Of a stretch of 64,000 nucleotides of DNA, positions 61,831-64,000 are shown in pieces (the stretch's first letter is position 1; the number at the start of each line of letters is the position of its first letter). Origin of the DNA: a virus. Location of the stretch: IMG/VR virus record IMGVR_UViG_3300045988_072631; one strand, 5' to 3'. The notes under the pieces were generated by a model. The model was not told where the DNA came from. It searched no databases and saw nothing but the letters and a program-made list of their open reading frames with translations. A program made the translations under genes and the position numbers.

Positions 61831-61937
61831 TTTATATGAATATTTATATAAAAATTTATATATACATTTATATAAAAAAGATATATAATAATTTATATAA
61901 GTTGCTTGTATAAGAAAGCTATATAAATATTTATATA
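61831..61937 (+). repeat. AT-rich TTTATATA iteron array
   Basis: Copies at 61831, 61843, 61855 and 61867 (12-bp phase), plus 61892 and 61930. Confidence 0.7.
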
Positions 61938-61953
61938 CTGCGGAGGGTGAAAG

Positions 61954-62475
61954 ATGGCAAATACAGCGGACTACACGAGAAGAGCAATAGACAAGTACCG
62001 GGCGAAATTCGATATTATCCAGATCAAGGCACCGAAGGGAACAAAGGAACGCATAACAACGCTGAGCGGTCAGAGCTTGGCGGCTTTCTGCCTGCAATGC
62101 GTTCTTGATCGTCTGGACGAGCTGGAAAGATCAGAAACGGCACCGGAACATGAAAAGCCAGCAAATGCACCAACGGACAGCGAAAACGCAAATACAACCG
62201 TTACAGAAGCACAGGCGGAAAAGAAACCGTTGACAGATGATGACGTTATGGAGATATGGCGGCAACGTGTAGCAGAGAACGAAGCCAAGAAGAAAGCAGC
62301 AGCTAACGAAATGCCACCAGAGCCGGAACCGGTACAGGAAGAAGAACCGGAAGACGCGAAATCTGTTTTCTTGCGAGAGTTAGAGCGTATAAGAGAAGGG
62401 CAGATGCCGGAAGAGGACGAAGAAAAGGAAGCTGCTAGAGCTGCCAGCATTAACAAGGCGGATGCAGAAAGCTAA
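61954..62475 (+). CDS. RHH/Arc-like N-terminal domain protein with an acidic tail
   Basis: RRAIDKYRAKFDIIQIKAPKGTKERITTL. E/P-rich C-terminal half. Confidence 0.55.
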   Translation: MANTADYTRRAIDKYRAKFDIIQIKAPKGTKERITTLSGQSLAAFCLQCVLDRLDELERSETAPEHEKPANAPTDSENANTTVTEAQAEKKPLTDDDVMEIWRQRVAENEAKKKAAANEMPPEPEPVQEEEPEDAKSVFLRELERIREGQMPEEDEEKEAARAASINKADAES

Positions 62476-62640
62476 GAAAGCTAAGAAAGAAAAAGAAAAA
62501 CAAGAAAGAAAAGCAAAGAAAGAAAAAAGAGAGAAAAACGAGAAAAGAAAGAAGCAAAGAAAAGAGAAATAAAGAGAGTATAAAAGAAAGAAAAATAAAA
62601 GAAAGAATAAAAAGAAAAATAAAGAAGTATGCTTTTTTTA
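62462..62640 (+). repeat. about 170-nt polypurine tract
   Basis: Nearly all A/G. Contains the duplicated GAAAGCTAA and an ATG-initiated 36-codon K/E/R ORF (62462-62572). Confidence 0.85.
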
Positions 62641-62731
62641 CTGACGTAAAAAAAGGTATTTCGCGCGCGTAGCTCAACATATTGATTAAAAAAACATTGA
62701 CTTTCTAGCAGTTGTGGTATATGATTAAGTC

Positions 62732-62886
62732 AATTCAACCGGGTTCCGCAGGTTCTCCCAGATTGCCGAGGAGGGAACAAAGAGCCGCAACGGGACAGGC
62801 AGTTATAGAGCAAGGACGGCAGAAAGCAAAACAGAGGCGTCACGCTCACGAGATTAGATATAATTCTTTTCTCGTGGGCGTTTTTT
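62732..62886 (+). ncRNA. structured leader / short terminated RNA (copy B), upstream of the terS-like gene
   Basis: Promoter TTGACT-17-TATGAT (62697-62725). Terminator 62843-62886. Homologous to 22719-22869. Confidence 0.55.
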
Positions 62887-62919
62887 ATTTCCCGGAAATC
62901 ACAGAAGGAGGTGCAGAGC

Positions 62920-63588
62920 ATGGAAAAAGTGGAGGATTGCAAAGCGGATTCGGAAATATTTGAAAATGATATAGACATGTATTTGCAGATCTTCTGTGAA
63001 AACCAGAAACCGCCTATTGAGGATTTGACAAAAGCAAGTCAAAGTGTCTGGAATGCCGCGCTAATGTATGTACATAGACATATATTTAAGAATCGGGAAT
63101 ATTTCAGAAATACCGAAAATATACAGGCTAACAATAAAGCCCCTATCAGTAACTATTATATATATAATTACAATCTGGTAAATGATGTATGTGATTATTA
63201 TATATATCTATGCATGAAATATGAAAAAGAAATAAGTATATTGGGATTCAGTAATTTAACAGGCATCCCAGATAGCACGTTATATGATTGGGGATATAAT
63301 CCGCAGAGACAACTAAGCCGCGTTGGGTCGGAGATTTGCAAAAAGCTGCAAAAATACAACGAAGAAAGTCTCGAAAATAAACTTGCATCGGGCAAGGCTA
63401 ACCCCGTTGGAGTTATTGCAATACTTAACAGGCGGCACGGCTGGGCGAGTCCATACACGGCAGATAGCAACCGCCAGAGGACACAAGCATTGACGGCGGA
63501 TCAGCTGCCGAAGTTGGGACAGACGACACGAGAACTACCAGATAAAATACAAGATATAGTAGACAGTAATTGCAAAACCACAACATAA
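62920..63588 (+). CDS. terminase small subunit-like protein
   Basis: ATG 8 nt after AAGGAGG. HTH-like ILGFSNLTGIPDSTLYDW and NPVGVIAILNRRHGW. The family call is tentative. Confidence 0.45.
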   Translation: MEKVEDCKADSEIFENDIDMYLQIFCENQKPPIEDLTKASQSVWNAALMYVHRHIFKNREYFRNTENIQANNKAPISNYYIYNYNLVNDVCDYYIYLCMKYEKEISILGFSNLTGIPDSTLYDWGYNPQRQLSRVGSEICKKLQKYNEESLENKLASGKANPVGVIAILNRRHGWASPYTADSNRQRTQALTADQLPKLGQTTRELPDKIQDIVDSNCKTTT

Positions 63589-63743
63589 ACGTAAAGAAAA
63601 GGCACGATATTTTTTTACATTGTCAAAGCATGTGAAAAATTGTGGAAAATGACGAACAGGACAGAGGAAGCCGGAGAGAATAACCGGGGGAGGGGGTCTG
63701 AAAGATCAGCAAAAACCGCCCTACTAAGTCCCCCAAATTTCCG

Positions 63744-63779
63744 AAAAAAGAAAAAGGCCTCCTGCGTAAGCAAGAAGCC
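63744..63779 (-). terminator. intrinsic terminator of the minus-strand RHH gene
   Basis: Minus strand: GGCTTCTTGC-TTAC-GCAGGAGGCC followed by a T run. Confidence 0.6.
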
Positions 63780-63791
63780 AATTCCGAAGAG

Positions 63792-63962
63792 TTATTTGTT
63801 TGATACTGATACAGAATCCAGATAAGCTGTAATTGCTCTATCAAAGATTTTTGTTATTGGAACATCAGAAGAACTAGAATATTCCTTTAATCTCTGGTAG
63901 ATAGAGTTTTCCAGTGTAGTTGAAATCCTGGTACGGTTTTTCAGATCGCGATAATTTGGCAT
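63792..63962 (-). CDS. ribbon-helix-helix (CopG-like) protein (56 aa)
   Basis: GGAGAACGTT then ATG. MPNYRDLKNRTRISTTLENSIYQRLKEYSSSSDVPITKIFDRAITAYL. Below the track cutoff. Confidence 0.55.
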   Translation of the reverse strand: MPNYRDLKNRTRISTTLENSIYQRLKEYSSSSDVPITKIFDRAITAYLDSVSVSNK

Positions 63963-64000
63963 AACGTTCTCCTTTCATAAGTTTATATAAGTTTAATTCA

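Noticed and set aside
62450-62680. 76-aa F/L/S-rich ORF on the minus strand
   Set aside because: It is the complement of the polypurine tract, and a pyrimidine-only sequence cannot encode stops. It has no RBS.
1-64000. Genome-wide stop-codon reassignment (TAG or TGA as sense) suggested by the internal stops at 12941 and 34410
   Set aside because: Very long ORFs (TMP, terL, portal, ATPase) are uninterrupted. Many well-delimited genes terminate at TAG (scaffold) or TGA (capsid, head-morphogenesis gene) exactly at RBS-start junctions. Any recoding is therefore local, or the stops are lesions or errors.

Overview
The window reads as a temperate siphovirus-type phage or prophage of a low-GC Firmicute, probably Clostridia or Lachnospiraceae-like. 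The host guess rests on AGGAGG-type RBSs, a Cheo-type LexA box and a SPOR-amidase. Nearly all genes are on the + strand. Gene order: small ORFs (0.1-1.7 kb); intein-interrupted terL; portal; head-morphogenesis protein; scaffold; capsid with a Big_2 domain; neck genes with an embedded holin pair; major tail protein; G/GT chaperones; an amidase; a 1653-aa tape measure. A 5-kb regulatory/moron island then separates the tape measure from the distal-tail and fibre genes. A divergent immunity region follows (29.3-31.7 kb). A long early operon carries an antirepressor, an SLT, an SbcC-like ATPase, a complete DGR (two targets-avd-TR-RT), RecT, an MBL nuclease, SSB, an 18x hexapeptide-repeat protein, a radical SAM + Dcm + Lar cluster, many small Zn-ribbon ORFs, and replisome-organizer/loader genes. 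It ends with xis-int and an att-like region (53.8-54.1 kb). Beyond int lie a low-complexity/exosporium-like gene block, an HNH gene, a minus-strand small-gene block, an iteron/RHH plasmid-like control region and a terS-like gene. Most notable observations: (1) the DGR, whose second variable region carries a 5-nt duplication that looks like a retrohoming scar; (2) two homologous promoter-leader-terminator RNA modules, upstream of rha and of terS; (3) a conserved about 50-nt three-way-junction motif in two 5' UTRs; (4) a candidate class-3 LAGLIDADG intein in the terL P-loop; (5) a major tail gene with an in-frame amber followed by an A7 slippery site and a hairpin; (6) a LexA-boxed promoter next to a repressor-like protein whose S24 domain appears catalytically dead. 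All calls come from reading the sequence and ORF translations by eye. No database search was run.
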